A stretch of 64,000 bases of DNA from Spirochaetia bacterium (GTDB lineage Bacteria; Spirochaetota; Spirochaetia; SZUA-6; Bin103): positions 461,984 to 525,983 of the forward strand of contig CBDBOV010000006.1 of NCBI GenBank assembly GCA_965208575.1, read 5' to 3'. Numbering within the stretch: the stretch's first letter is position 1; every line of letters starts with the position of its first letter. The translations under genes were made by a program, and so were the position numbers. This document shows, in pieces, positions 49,379 through 58,791 of this stretch. Below the pieces are notes generated by a model. It searched no databases. It was not told where the DNA came from and saw only the letters and a list, made by a program, of their open reading frames with translations.

Positions 49379-51157
49379 TCAGAACCCCATCGATTTCTTC
49401 AGATCGAGGTCGAGCCAGAGGCGCGCCAAGACAGGGGCGCGACTCCAATTTATGAACTCGCCGTCGTAGCCCTTGACCCAGGGCTGGTTCACATTGAGAT
49501 TCGGTGCCTTGCCGCCCCACACGTAATAGTGGTTTCGCAACATGAGTAGGAGCGCTTCCTGCGAAGCCCTCTGCTGCTCCTCGAGAGTAGACGCGCTTTG
49601 CGCGGCCTGAAACAGGGCATCGAACTCCGGGTTCGACACACCGGCGGGGTTCCATCCCGCGGTTGAGAGGCTCTGCGCCAACGGAGACAGCTCACCCCAC
49701 GTATTCCCCACCGGATAGGAGGTCATGCTTTGGTAATCATGATTATTGATCCCAGCCGCCCAATCAGCGGTGGACGTGACCTGTACCTCGACGTCGATAC
49801 CAACCTCGAGAAGCTGCTCCGCCATGATCTCGAATATGTTCACATCGTAGACATCTCTTGCCTCGATGTTGGTTTTGAACCTGATACCATCGGCGCCGCG
49901 CGGGTAGCCGGCATCGTCGAGGAGCTTCTCTGCCTCGGCCGGGTTGTACCGGTAGAACTTCTTGATCTCCTCGGGCCACTCGTCGAATGGCGGTGAATAC
50001 CCTACGATGTCGATCGCCGTGTGGGCCTCAGGCGTCGCTCTCCCCCTGCCCTTCCAGTAGGAGTCGTTGATCGCTTCCACATCGAGTGCCATCTGGACCG
50101 CGTGGCGAACTCTGAGGTCGTTGGTCGGCTCCACGGCGAGATTCATCGCAAGACCCATTCCGCTCTCATAATACTCCGTGACCTGGGTTTCGGGATTGGT
50201 CCGCGTGAGATCCTCAACAACGTCGACACTGTATATATGCGAATAGGAGAGCCCACCCAAGTAGTCGATCTGGCCCGACCGGAATGCTGCCAAACGCGTC
50301 GACTCCTCGGGCATCACCAACCACACGATCTCGTCGATATAGGGCAGGCGATTGTCCGGGTACTTCTCGTCGAACGCCCAGTAGTTGGGGTTCTTGGTGT
50401 AGCTCAGGGAGCTGCCCTCGACCCAGTCGACCAGCTCATAGGGGCCGGTGCCAACCAGGTTGCGCCAATCCAAGAGGTCGCCGTGCTCTTCGATGACCTC
50501 TGGCGGCATGATGTTACTGGTGTAATGGTAGAGGATCGTCCGCTCCGCGGCGAAATTGGGCTCCTTTAGCCGAAAGACGACCGTATGGTCGTCGGTGGCC
50601 GTTACCGATTCGATGCCGATGTCGTCGAGCTGCGACTGCTGCGCCACGATGGGGCTGCCTTCGGTGTAGCCACTGCCCAGCCCCAAATAGCGGTGCCAGT
50701 TGTATTCCACATCCTTGGCAGTGAGCTCCCGACCATTCATCGGCGCCTTGTCGTGCCAGTGGACGCCGCTTCGGATCCGGACCGCAAGCGTCACCGGGTC
50801 GGTCCATTCCCAGCTCTCGGCCAACTCACCGGCTATCGCGAAGAGAGGCAGATACCCCGATTGAAAACCGAATCGCTGCCTGTCTATCGCCCAGTCCGCG
50901 ATGCCCAGCTTCTCGTTCGTGAACATCCAGGCAACCTGACCCACGTGCCCTTGCCAGGGGTCGGAATTCGCAGGCTCGGCGACCGACCCGAAGGTGATGG
51001 TGCCGCCGTACTCGGGCGCGGTCACCATCTTGCCGGTGGCTGGGTCGCGCACCATTTCCTTCTCGGCCGCGGATGCTTCCTCGCCCTCGGCGGCGGCGAA
51101 CGTAACGGTAGCCACCAGCGCGAACGCCAGCGGCAGCAATAGGAGTCTTGGAGTCAT
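49379..51157 (-). CDS. ABC transporter substrate-binding protein, family 5 (cassette 5; chimeric 5' end)
   Basis: 592-aa ORF. The first ~52 aa are near-identical to SBP2/3/4/6/7. The remainder is cassette-1-like (HWHDKAPMNGRELTAKDVEYNWHR). Confidence 0.85.
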   Translation of the reverse strand: MTPRLLLLPLAFALVATVTFAAAEGEEASAAEKEMVRDPATGKMVTAPEYGGTITFGSVAEPANSDPWQGHVGQVAWMFTNEKLGIADWAIDRQRFGFQSGYLPLFAIAGELAESWEWTDPVTLAVRIRSGVHWHDKAPMNGRELTAKDVEYNWHRYLGLGSGYTEGSPIVAQQSQLDDIGIESVTATDDHTVVFRLKEPNFAAERTILYHYTSNIMPPEVIEEHGDLLDWRNLVGTGPYELVDWVEGSSLSYTKNPNYWAFDEKYPDNRLPYIDEIVWLVMPEESTRLAAFRSGQIDYLGGLSYSHIYSVDVVEDLTRTNPETQVTEYYESGMGLAMNLAVEPTNDLRVRHAVQMALDVEAINDSYWKGRGRATPEAHTAIDIVGYSPPFDEWPEEIKKFYRYNPAEAEKLLDDAGYPRGADGIRFKTNIEARDVYDVNIFEIMAEQLLEVGIDVEVQVTSTADWAAGINNHDYQSMTSYPVGNTWGELSPLAQSLSTAGWNPAGVSNPEFDALFQAAQSASTLEEQQRASQEALLLMLRNHYYVWGGKAPNLNVNQPWVKGYDGEFINWSRAPVLARLWLDLDLKKSMGF

Positions 51158-51594
51158 AGCGTACTCCTCCTCGTTTTCGGGAGCGGTACTGCGTCCCTGT
51201 ACCCGTGGTCTTGGGCCGGAAACTCCGACCCTTCTGGAATGGTCCTCGTAGATGTCGCACCCAAGGGCGCCGCGAGCGCCGCCCGGGATGGGCGTGGTGC
51301 GATGGGTGTGGATATGAACGGGAGCGGATAGTCGTCAGCGGCGCGGATGACGGCAGAGTGGTGGATGCGGCTCGGTAAGCGGAAAGAGCGGTCAGTTACC
51401 GGGTGCTTGGTTTGTTGCGGAGCAGGACGGAGCAGGACGGAGCAGGACGGAGCAGGACGGAGCAGGACGGAGCAGGACGGAGCAGGACGGAGCGGTAGCG
51501 AACTGACGGATGCGGCGGGCTGTGTGATCGCGCTTCATCCGCGCTTGTCCTCCTCCCGGAGCCATCACTCTACCACACGCCCGGCCACGGTCAA
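51158..51594 (-). promoter_or_regulatory. Conserved SBP leader, copy L5
   Basis: -35 TTGACC 51589..51594, 16 nt, -10 TAGAGT 51567..51572, GGAGGAGG, ATG 51538 (MKRDHTARR). This upstream ORF stops at 51392. Confidence 0.5.
51417..51495. repeat. Leader 10-bp tandem repeat (AGCAGGACGG), about 8 units (L5)
   Basis: Seven perfect units at 51421..51490 plus partial units on both sides. Confidence 0.95.
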
Positions 51595-51773
51595 GTACGC
51601 GTTTGGCGGGTTGGCGGACTGGTGGTTGCCACAGTTGCCTCGGAGCATATTCCGCTTCCAGTCGTGACCTGGATCCGTTCAGTCTGCAACGACCGGGCAA
51701 ACCCTGCGGCTGCAAGCGGTCCGACATTGATCATGGTTCCCGTAGCGCCAGTGTCCAGGGCGAGAACGCCGGC

Positions 51774-52255
51774 TCACGATGCTGGTCCGTCTCCGTGCGA
51801 TGCTTGCAACGCTCTCAATCGCGTGAGAATGTCCGGCGCTTCCTTCAACTCGCACAGCGGTTGCAACTCGGCTTCAACCAAGGCCCAGTCGAGCCGGCGG
51901 CCTATGCGCAGCACTATGCCTTCAATATCCGCCCAGTCACGCGAGCGATCAGCAAGGGCCGCCGATGAAGCAGAATTTCCAGCCGCGCTCCCGGCAGAAC
52001 GACTGGATGTCATTCGCCAGCCGAAAGAGGTCGCGCATCCCGGATTCTGGCAAACATCGCCTGCTGCTGCACCAGCCCGGAGGTGGTGCGCACCGGACCC
52101 GCGAGCGTCGCTTCGAACGCACCATTTAGTGCATCGATGTGGTCGGCCACCTCGACGTCGCGGAGTTCGGAGCGTCGCAGCGCCGCCAGCCTGGCGCCGG
52201 CAATACGCCACCGTTCGACGAACCCGCGCAATTCGCCGTCAAGATCGCCCGCCAT
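51774..52255 (-). pseudogene. Degraded nucleotidyltransferase-like gene spread over three frames
   Basis: N-terminus is in ORF 52010..52255. RDLFRLANDIQSFCRERGWKFCFIGG is in a second frame. ADRSRDWADIEGIVLRIGRRLDWALVEAELQPL is in ORF 51774..52211. The central domain is deleted. Confidence 0.55.
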
Positions 52256-52362
52256 GAGAGGCAGTGTACGCGTTTCCGATCAGGTCCGACAACAATCCGA
52301 ATTGCCTCACGTCTTGAGCGATCAAGCACCCGATCAGGCAACCGATCAAGTGACGCGTCAGC

Positions 52363-53340
52363 TCAGCGGGATCGTTCGAGCTTCTGCAGGGCCCGGGTGG
52401 CGCGCTCGGCGGCGCGGGCGCCTACCCCGCCGGCCACCCCGCCGCCGCCGCGCAGGCGCGGGTCCAGCAGGTCGCGCAGCGCGTCGCCCACCATGTTCAG
52501 GCAGTACACCACCAGGGTCAGCGCCACCCCAGGCCACATCGCCAGCCGCGGCGCCATCTCCATGTACTGCCGCCCCTCACGGCTCAGCATCGTGCCCCAG
52601 CTCGGCACGTCCGGCGGCAGCCCGAAGCCCAGGAAGCTCAGGCTCGCCTCCGCGATGATCGCCCACCCGATCGTGATCGAGTAGATGATGATGATCGGCG
52701 CCGTGATGTTCGGCCACACGTGGCGCAGCAGCGTCCGCCACGACGGGCTGCCGATGGCGTGCGCCGCCTCGAAGTAGGCGTTGCCCTTGATGCCGATCAC
52801 CGCCCCCCGCACCACCCGCGAGTTGGCCACCCCGGAGGCCAGCGCCAGCATGCCGATGATCTGCGGGATGCCCTGGCCGACGATGGTCATGATGGTCAGC
52901 AGCAGCAGCAGGCCGGGAAACGACATCCAGGCGTCCACCAGGCGCTGCACCGCCAGATCCACCTTGCCGCCCACAAACCCCGCCACCCCGCCGATCAGCA
53001 GCGACACCACCACGCTCAGGGTGGTGGCGGCGAACCCCACCCCCAGCGACACCCGCGCCCCGTACAGCAGGCGGCTGAACAGGTCGCGGCCGATGTGGTC
53101 GGTGCCCAGCGGGTAGGTGCCCGACGGCCCCTTGAGGCGGTCGATCATGGTCATTTCCATGAAGTGATACGGCGCCAGCAGGTCGGCGAAGATCGCCACC
53201 AGGCACAGCAGCAGCACGACCGCACCGCTGACCGCTCCCACCGGCCGCTCCCTGATCAGCCGGCGCAGCAGGTCGCGCAGGAACGACTGCCCCTTCGCCC
53301 CCCGCTCCGGCAGCGCCTTCGGCGCGGTCACCTCACCCAT
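52363..53340 (-). CDS. ABC transporter permease, DppC/OppC-like (cassette 6)
   Basis: 325-aa ORF, near-identical to permC2. Confidence 0.85.
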   Translation of the reverse strand: MGEVTAPKALPERGAKGQSFLRDLLRRLIRERPVGAVSGAVVLLLCLVAIFADLLAPYHFMEMTMIDRLKGPSGTYPLGTDHIGRDLFSRLLYGARVSLGVGFAATTLSVVVSLLIGGVAGFVGGKVDLAVQRLVDAWMSFPGLLLLLTIMTIVGQGIPQIIGMLALASGVANSRVVRGAVIGIKGNAYFEAAHAIGSPSWRTLLRHVWPNITAPIIIIYSITIGWAIIAEASLSFLGFGLPPDVPSWGTMLSREGRQYMEMAPRLAMWPGVALTLVVYCLNMVGDALRDLLDPRLRGGGGVAGGVGARAAERATRALQKLERSR

Positions 53341-53409
53341 GGTGTCGCCTCCGTCACCCCGCGATTTCGAGGACGACCGCTGGTCAGCATTTTCGGACCA
53401 CGCACCCCG

Positions 53410-54375
53410 TCACCCGTAGTGGACGCGCGGGTCCAGGTACGCGTACAGCACGTCGACGAGCAGGTTGATCACCATCACCGCGACGGCGAAGAACAGGTTG
53501 ATCCCCGAGATCAGCGGGTAGTCACGATCGAACAGGGCGTCGATCATCAGCCGCCCCAAGCCGGGGATGGCGAACATCTGCTCCATGATCACCGAGCCGC
53601 CGACGATGATCGGTACCTGCAGTCCTACCAGCGTCACCACCGGGATCAGCGCGTTCTTGATCACGTGGCGCAGGATCACCAGCCGCTCCCGCAGCCCCTT
53701 GGCCCAGGCGGTGCGAATGTAGTCCTGGCGCAGCACCTCCAGCATCATGGTGCGGGTCATGCGCATGGTGCTGGCCGCCAGGTAGGTGCCCAGGATCAGG
53801 CCCGGCACGATGAACATGCTCAAGTGGCGCACCGGGTCGTCGCTCAGCCGCATCAGGCGCAACGGCGGCGACCACCCCCACCAGATCGCCGGAAACACCA
53901 GGATGATGGTGGCCAGCCAGAAGTTGGGCGTGGCCAGTCCGAAGATGGCGAAGGAGCGCCCCACGTAGTCGCCGACGGTGTCCTGCCGCACCGCCGAGTA
54001 GATGCCGATCGGCACCCCGATCAGCACCCCCACGATCACCGCCACCAAGCCCAATTCGATGGTGGTCGGCAGCCGGCCGCCGATCAGCTCGCCGACCGGT
54101 TCCGGCCGCAGCAGCGGGGTGCCCAGGTCGCCGCGCAGCAGAATCGCCCCCATCCAGCGCGCGTACTGCACGTGCACCGGCACGTCCAGCCCCAGCCGCC
54201 GCTCCAGCGCCGCCCGGTCGATGGCGGTGCCGCCGCCGGCCGCCTCCGCCATTCTGAACATCAGGAGGTCGACGGCGTCCCCCGGTATGAACCGCACCGA
54301 CAGGAACACCAGAATCGTCAGCAGGAAGAAGGTCGGGATCAGCAGCAGGACGCGGCGGATGACGTACGCTCTCAT
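53410..54375 (-). CDS. ABC transporter permease, DppB/OppB-like (cassette 6)
   Basis: 321-aa ORF. MRAYVIRRVLLLIPTFFLLTILVF. Confidence 0.85.
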   Translation of the reverse strand: MRAYVIRRVLLLIPTFFLLTILVFLSVRFIPGDAVDLLMFRMAEAAGGGTAIDRAALERRLGLDVPVHVQYARWMGAILLRGDLGTPLLRPEPVGELIGGRLPTTIELGLVAVIVGVLIGVPIGIYSAVRQDTVGDYVGRSFAIFGLATPNFWLATIILVFPAIWWGWSPPLRLMRLSDDPVRHLSMFIVPGLILGTYLAASTMRMTRTMMLEVLRQDYIRTAWAKGLRERLVILRHVIKNALIPVVTLVGLQVPIIVGGSVIMEQMFAIPGLGRLMIDALFDRDYPLISGINLFFAVAVMVINLLVDVLYAYLDPRVHYG

Positions 54376-54422
54376 GTCGGTGCAGACGCGGTCGCGTCTC
54401 GGCGGTCAAGCGCGAGAACCCC

Positions 54423-54450
54423 GCCCTCGAGCGGGGTCCTCGCTACCTCG
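54423..54450 (-). terminator. 11-bp-stem hairpin between SBP6 and permB6
   Basis: GAGAACCCCGC-cctcga-GCGGGGTCCTC (one A/C mismatch in the stem). Homologous to 41422..41449. Confidence 0.4.
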
Positions 54451-54464
54451 CAGCCCGCGGATCG

Positions 54465-56252
54465 CTAAGAGCCCAGCTCCCGCTTCAGATCCTGGTCCAC
54501 CCACAGGTACATGAGAACGGTGGACCGTTGCATCCCGCCGACATCGCCTTCCCCGTTGTAGCCCTTGATCCACGGCTGGGTGGCGCCGAACAGGGGAGCA
54601 ACCGGCCCCCTGATCATCCACAGCTGCTCGGCGATGCGCAGGTTGGCCTGCCGCGCCCACTCCTGCTGCTCCTCTACCGTGGTAGCGGCCAGCGCTTTCT
54701 CGTAGATTTCGTCGAATACCGGGTCGTTGTTGTTGTTGGGGTTCCAGCCGGCTTTCGACCAGTAAGAGTTTATCGGGGCAAGGCCACTGGGATACTCGGC
54801 AGCCCATACGTCGGTGCGCAAGCCTGGATATCCGTGGCTCATGCCCCACTCGCTATTCTGCGCGCGAGTTATTTCCTCGATCTCGACGTCGATGCCGATC
54901 TGCCGGAGGTAATCCATGGCGATCTGGTAATAGCCGAGGTCGAAGAACTCGTAGTGCGAATAGATGGTGCTGAACCGGATGCCGTCTTCACCGCGCGGAT
55001 AGCCGGCATCGTCGAGCAGCCTCTCGGCTTCCTCGGGGTCGTACCGATAGTATTGCTGGGTCTCCTCGGGCCACTCCTCGAACGGGACGGCATACCCGAG
55101 CACCCTGGCGCCGGTGGCCCCTTGCGGGCTTGCATCGCCCCAACCCTGCTGGTAATTCTCGGCGATGGACTCGTGGTCGATGGCCAGGCTGAGGGCCTGG
55201 CGCACGCGGATGTCGCTCCAGGGCTCCTTCTGGAGGTTGAAACCGAACGCGGTCTCCGACCGGTAGGAATACGGGTGCAGCACCAGGTCGGGTTTGGTCT
55301 TCTGCAGATTGACCGCCGAGTCGACACTGGTGAGATGGGAGTTGAGTCCGAACCCAATCCAGTCCGCCTGTCCGGAGCGCATCAGTGAGGTGATGGCTGT
55401 CATGTCGTTGACGACCAGGAACTCGATGGTGTCCGCGTAGGGCAAACGATTGTCCGGGAATTTCGGGTCGAAACCCCAATAATCGTCGATCTTGGTGTAG
55501 GTCCAGGAGCTGCCCTCCACCACGTCGGTCAGTTGAAAGGGGCCCGTTCCGGTCACGTTGCGCCAGTCCTGAATGTCTCCGAACTCATCGACCACCTCGC
55601 GGGCGACGATGTAGCCATGCTCTGCCACGAGCATGCGGCTGAACGCGGTGACACTGGGCTCCTGCAGCTTGAATACCACCGTCGAATCGTCGGTAGCGGC
55701 AACCGATTCCCACTTTATGTTGCAGATATCGAAGCCCCCCGGGCAGTCCGGGCTCGGCTCGCCGCCGTCCACCCCGAACAGGAGCCGCTGCCAACTGTAG
55801 GCGACATCGTGCGCGGTGAGCTGCCGGCCGTTCACCGGCGCCTTGTCGTGCCAGAACACGCCGTCGCGGATCTTGAACACGGCGGTGAGCGGATCCGGCC
55901 TCTCCCAGCTCTCGGCCAGTTGTCCGACGAGGGCCTCGTCGGGCAGGAACAGCGTAGTGTAGCCGACCTTGCTCCGGTCGATCGCCCAGTCGCCCACGCC
56001 GAGCTTCTCGTTGACCAGCCCGATGAAGGCTCCCGCGGAGTAGCGGAAATAGGGGTCGATCCCCTCCGGCTTGAAGTTGATGACCGCCCTGATCGTGCCG
56101 CCATACTCGGGCGCGGTGACCATCTCGCCGGTGCTCGGGTCGAGCACCATCTCCTTCTCGGCCGCGGCCGCCTCCTCGCCTTCTCCGGCGGCAAACGTAA
56201 CGGTAGCCACTAGCGCGAACACCAGCGGCAGAAATAGGAATCTTGGAGTCAT
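54465..56252 (-). CDS. ABC transporter substrate-binding protein, family 5 (cassette 6)
   Basis: 595-aa ORF. MTPRFLFLPLVFALVATVTFAAGEGEEAAAAEKEMVLDPSTGEMV. Confidence 0.85.
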   Translation of the reverse strand: MTPRFLFLPLVFALVATVTFAAGEGEEAAAAEKEMVLDPSTGEMVTAPEYGGTIRAVINFKPEGIDPYFRYSAGAFIGLVNEKLGVGDWAIDRSKVGYTTLFLPDEALVGQLAESWERPDPLTAVFKIRDGVFWHDKAPVNGRQLTAHDVAYSWQRLLFGVDGGEPSPDCPGGFDICNIKWESVAATDDSTVVFKLQEPSVTAFSRMLVAEHGYIVAREVVDEFGDIQDWRNVTGTGPFQLTDVVEGSSWTYTKIDDYWGFDPKFPDNRLPYADTIEFLVVNDMTAITSLMRSGQADWIGFGLNSHLTSVDSAVNLQKTKPDLVLHPYSYRSETAFGFNLQKEPWSDIRVRQALSLAIDHESIAENYQQGWGDASPQGATGARVLGYAVPFEEWPEETQQYYRYDPEEAERLLDDAGYPRGEDGIRFSTIYSHYEFFDLGYYQIAMDYLRQIGIDVEIEEITRAQNSEWGMSHGYPGLRTDVWAAEYPSGLAPINSYWSKAGWNPNNNNDPVFDEIYEKALAATTVEEQQEWARQANLRIAEQLWMIRGPVAPLFGATQPWIKGYNGEGDVGGMQRSTVLMYLWVDQDLKRELGS

Positions 56253-56613
56253 GATGTACTCCTCCTCTTATTCGGGAGCGGGACTGCGTCCCGGTACCCG
56301 TGGTCTTGGGCCGGCAACTCCGGCCTTTTCGAATGGTCGTAGTATTCGCGGCGCGGGATAGTGGATCGATGGGTATGAATACGGACGGGAGCCGCTACTA
56401 GCCCGTCAGCGGCGCGGTGGTGCGGTGAGCGGAGAGAGCGGTCAGTTACCGGTTGCTTGGCGTGTTGCGGAGCAGGACGGAGCAGGACGGAGCAGGACGG
56501 AGCGCTAACGCTTGCAGCGAACGGGCGGCCGCGGCGGGCTGTGTGATCGCGCTTCATCCGCGCTTGTCCTCCTCCCGGAGCCATCACCGTACCACACCGC
56601 CGGTATCCGTCAA
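56253..56613 (-). promoter_or_regulatory. Conserved SBP leader, copy L6
   Basis: -35 TTGACG 56608..56613, 16 nt, -10 TACGGT 56586..56591, GGAGGAGG, ATG 56557 (MKRDHTARR). The upstream ORF ends at TGA 56251..56249, overlapping SBP6 ATG 56252..56250. Confidence 0.5.
56466..56503. repeat. Leader 10-bp repeat, about 3.5 units (L6)
   Basis: gcggagcaggacggagcaggacggagcaggacggagcg. Confidence 0.9.
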
Positions 56614-56774
56614 GTACGCGTTTTGCGCACGATACTCTCCCGCCGGCCGAACACCCCGGCTTGAACTACGACCAGCCCAGGAGCGGAACAAACGCGTAAC
56701 CGCTCGACACCGGGTTCACAAGACAACGGCGGTTCGGTCAGACGTGTAGCCGTCTCAGAACGGTCGGCGAACCG

Positions 56775-56949
56775 CTACTCGCTGAGCAGATCGACGAAGC
56801 GCCGGTTGATGTAGTAGTTCTCGCGGCCCCGCCGGATGCGCTCCAAGGACCCGAGTTGAGTCATTTTTTCAAGGTAGCGTCGGGCCGTGAGGCGGCCGCA
56901 TCCGAGTTCCCGCTCCACTATGCCAATCTTGCAGTACGGCCACTTGGCG
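56775..56949 (-). pseudogene. C-terminal winged-helix fragment of a Fic-family protein, fused in frame to the permease remnant
   Basis: KIGIVERELGCGRLTARRYLEKMTQLGSLERIRRGRENYYINRRFVDLL, the typical Fic C-terminal wHTH pattern. No Fic core is present. Confidence 0.5.
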
Positions 56950-57560
56950 GCGCGGGCGCCTACCCCGCCGGCCAGCGAGCCGCCGCCGCGCAGGCGCGGG
57001 TCGAGCAGGTCGCGCAGCGCGTCGCCGACCATGTTCAGGCAGTACACCACAGGGTCGGCGCCACCCCCGGCCACATCGCCAGCCGCGGCGCCATCTCCAT
57101 GTACCGCCGCCCCTCGCGGCTCAGCATCGTGCCCCGACTCGGCACGTCCCAAGCGCTGCACCGCCAGGTCCACCTTGCCGCCCACGAACCCCGCCACCCC
57201 GCCGATCAGCAGCGACACCACCACGCTCAGGGTGGTGGCGGCGAACCCCACCCCCAGCGACACCCGCGCCCCGTACAGCAGGCGGCTGAACAGGTCGCGG
57301 CCGATGTGGTCGGTGCCCAGCGGGTAGGTGCCCGACGGCCCCTTGAGGCGGTCGATCATGGTCATGTCCATGAAGTGATACGGCGCCAGCAGGTCGGCGA
57401 AGATCGCCACCAGGCACAGCAGCAGCACGACCGCGCCGCTGACCGCTCCCACCGGCCGCTCCCTGATCAGCCGGCGCAGCAGGTCGCGCAGAAACGACTG
57501 CCCCTTCGCCCGCTTCGCTCCCGGCGCCGGTAGCGCCTGTGGCGCGGTCACCTCACCCAT
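56950..57560 (-). pseudogene. DppC-like permease (cassette 7) with a ~130-codon internal deletion, frameshift and lost 3' end
   Basis: ORF 56775..57560 is permease-like up to ...GGKVDLAVQRL. It then reads out of frame and returns to VVYCLNMVGDALRDLLDPRLRGGG. The deletion junction is near 57150. Confidence 0.8.
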
Positions 57561-57572
57561 GGCGGCACCCCG

Positions 57573-58538
57573 TCAGCCGTACTGGACGCGCGGGTCCAGG
57601 TAGGCGTAGAGGATGTCGACTAGCAGGTTGATGACCATGACCGCGCCGGCAAAGAACAGATTGATGCCCGATATCAACGGGTAGTCGCGATCGAACAGGG
57701 CGTCGATCATCAGCCGTCCCAGGCCCGGTATGGCGAACATCTGCTCCATGATGACCGAGCCGCCGACGATGATCGGTATCTGCAGTCCCACCAGCGTCAC
57801 CACCGGGATGAGGGCGTTCTTGATAACGTGGCGGAGGATGACCAGGCGCTCGCGCAGGCCCTTTGCCCACGCCGTGCGAATGTAGTCCTGTCTGAGCACC
57901 TCCAGCATCATGGTGCGGGTCATGCGCATGGTGCTGGCCGCCAGGTAGGTACCAAGGATCAGACCCGGCACGATGAACATGGCGAGGTGGCGCATGGGGT
58001 CGTCGGCCAGGCGCACCAGGCGTAGCGGCGGCGACCATCCCCACCAGATCGCGGGGAAAACGAGGATGATGGTGGCCAGCCAGAAGTTGGGCGTGGCCAG
58101 CCCGAATATGGCGAAGGAGCGACCCACGTAGTCGCCCACGGTGTTCTGCCGTACTGCCGAGTAGATGCCGATCGGCACCCCGATCAGCACGCCTACGATC
58201 AGCGCCACCAGGCCCAGCTCGACGGTCGTCGGCAGCCGGCCGGCGATCAGCTCGCCGACCGGCTCCGGCCGCAACAGCGGCTTGCCGAGATCGCCGCGCA
58301 GCAGTATCCCTCCCATCCAGCGGCCATACTGCACGTGCGCCGGCACGTCCAGCCCCAGCCGGCGCTCCAGCTCCGCGCGGTCGATGTCGATGCCGCCGCC
58401 CATCGTCGCCTCCATCCTCCACACGAGGACGTCGACCGCATCGCCCGGTATGAATCGCACCGAGAGGAACACCAGAATCGTCAGCAGGAAGAAGGTGGGG
58501 ATCAGCAGCAGTACGCGACGGATGACGTACGCTCTCAT
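57573..58538 (-). CDS. ABC transporter permease, DppB/OppB-like (cassette 7)
   Basis: 321-aa ORF. MRAYVIRRVLLLIPTFFLLTILVF. Confidence 0.85.
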   Translation of the reverse strand: MRAYVIRRVLLLIPTFFLLTILVFLSVRFIPGDAVDVLVWRMEATMGGGIDIDRAELERRLGLDVPAHVQYGRWMGGILLRGDLGKPLLRPEPVGELIAGRLPTTVELGLVALIVGVLIGVPIGIYSAVRQNTVGDYVGRSFAIFGLATPNFWLATIILVFPAIWWGWSPPLRLVRLADDPMRHLAMFIVPGLILGTYLAASTMRMTRTMMLEVLRQDYIRTAWAKGLRERLVILRHVIKNALIPVVTLVGLQIPIIVGGSVIMEQMFAIPGLGRLMIDALFDRDYPLISGINLFFAGAVMVINLLVDILYAYLDPRVQYG

Positions 58539-58791
58539 GTCGACTCAGATGCCATGTCTCGAGGTTGCTCTCCGGCAGCCCGTGGCGAAACTCCGCCTGC
58601 ATTCAAGCGGCGAATGCATCCCGGCTGCCTCGCCGCTCTCGGTGCGACGCCGGGTCCCACCACCGGCTGCTAGTCAGAATGAGAGAGTTGGAAGGCGCGC
58701 GCATGGAACGCGCACAACCCCCAGCTCTTGCTCACTCGGTTACCGGGCGCCCGGCGCGAGGCCTGGCGCGCCGGGCGCCGGAGGCGTTGCC

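Noticed and set aside
51417-51495. Tandem repeats (10-bp leader repeat, 12-bp Rpn repeat, 8-bp repeat at 6984) considered as possible CRISPR arrays.
   Set aside because: The units are contiguous with no spacers and far shorter than CRISPR repeats. No cas genes are present.
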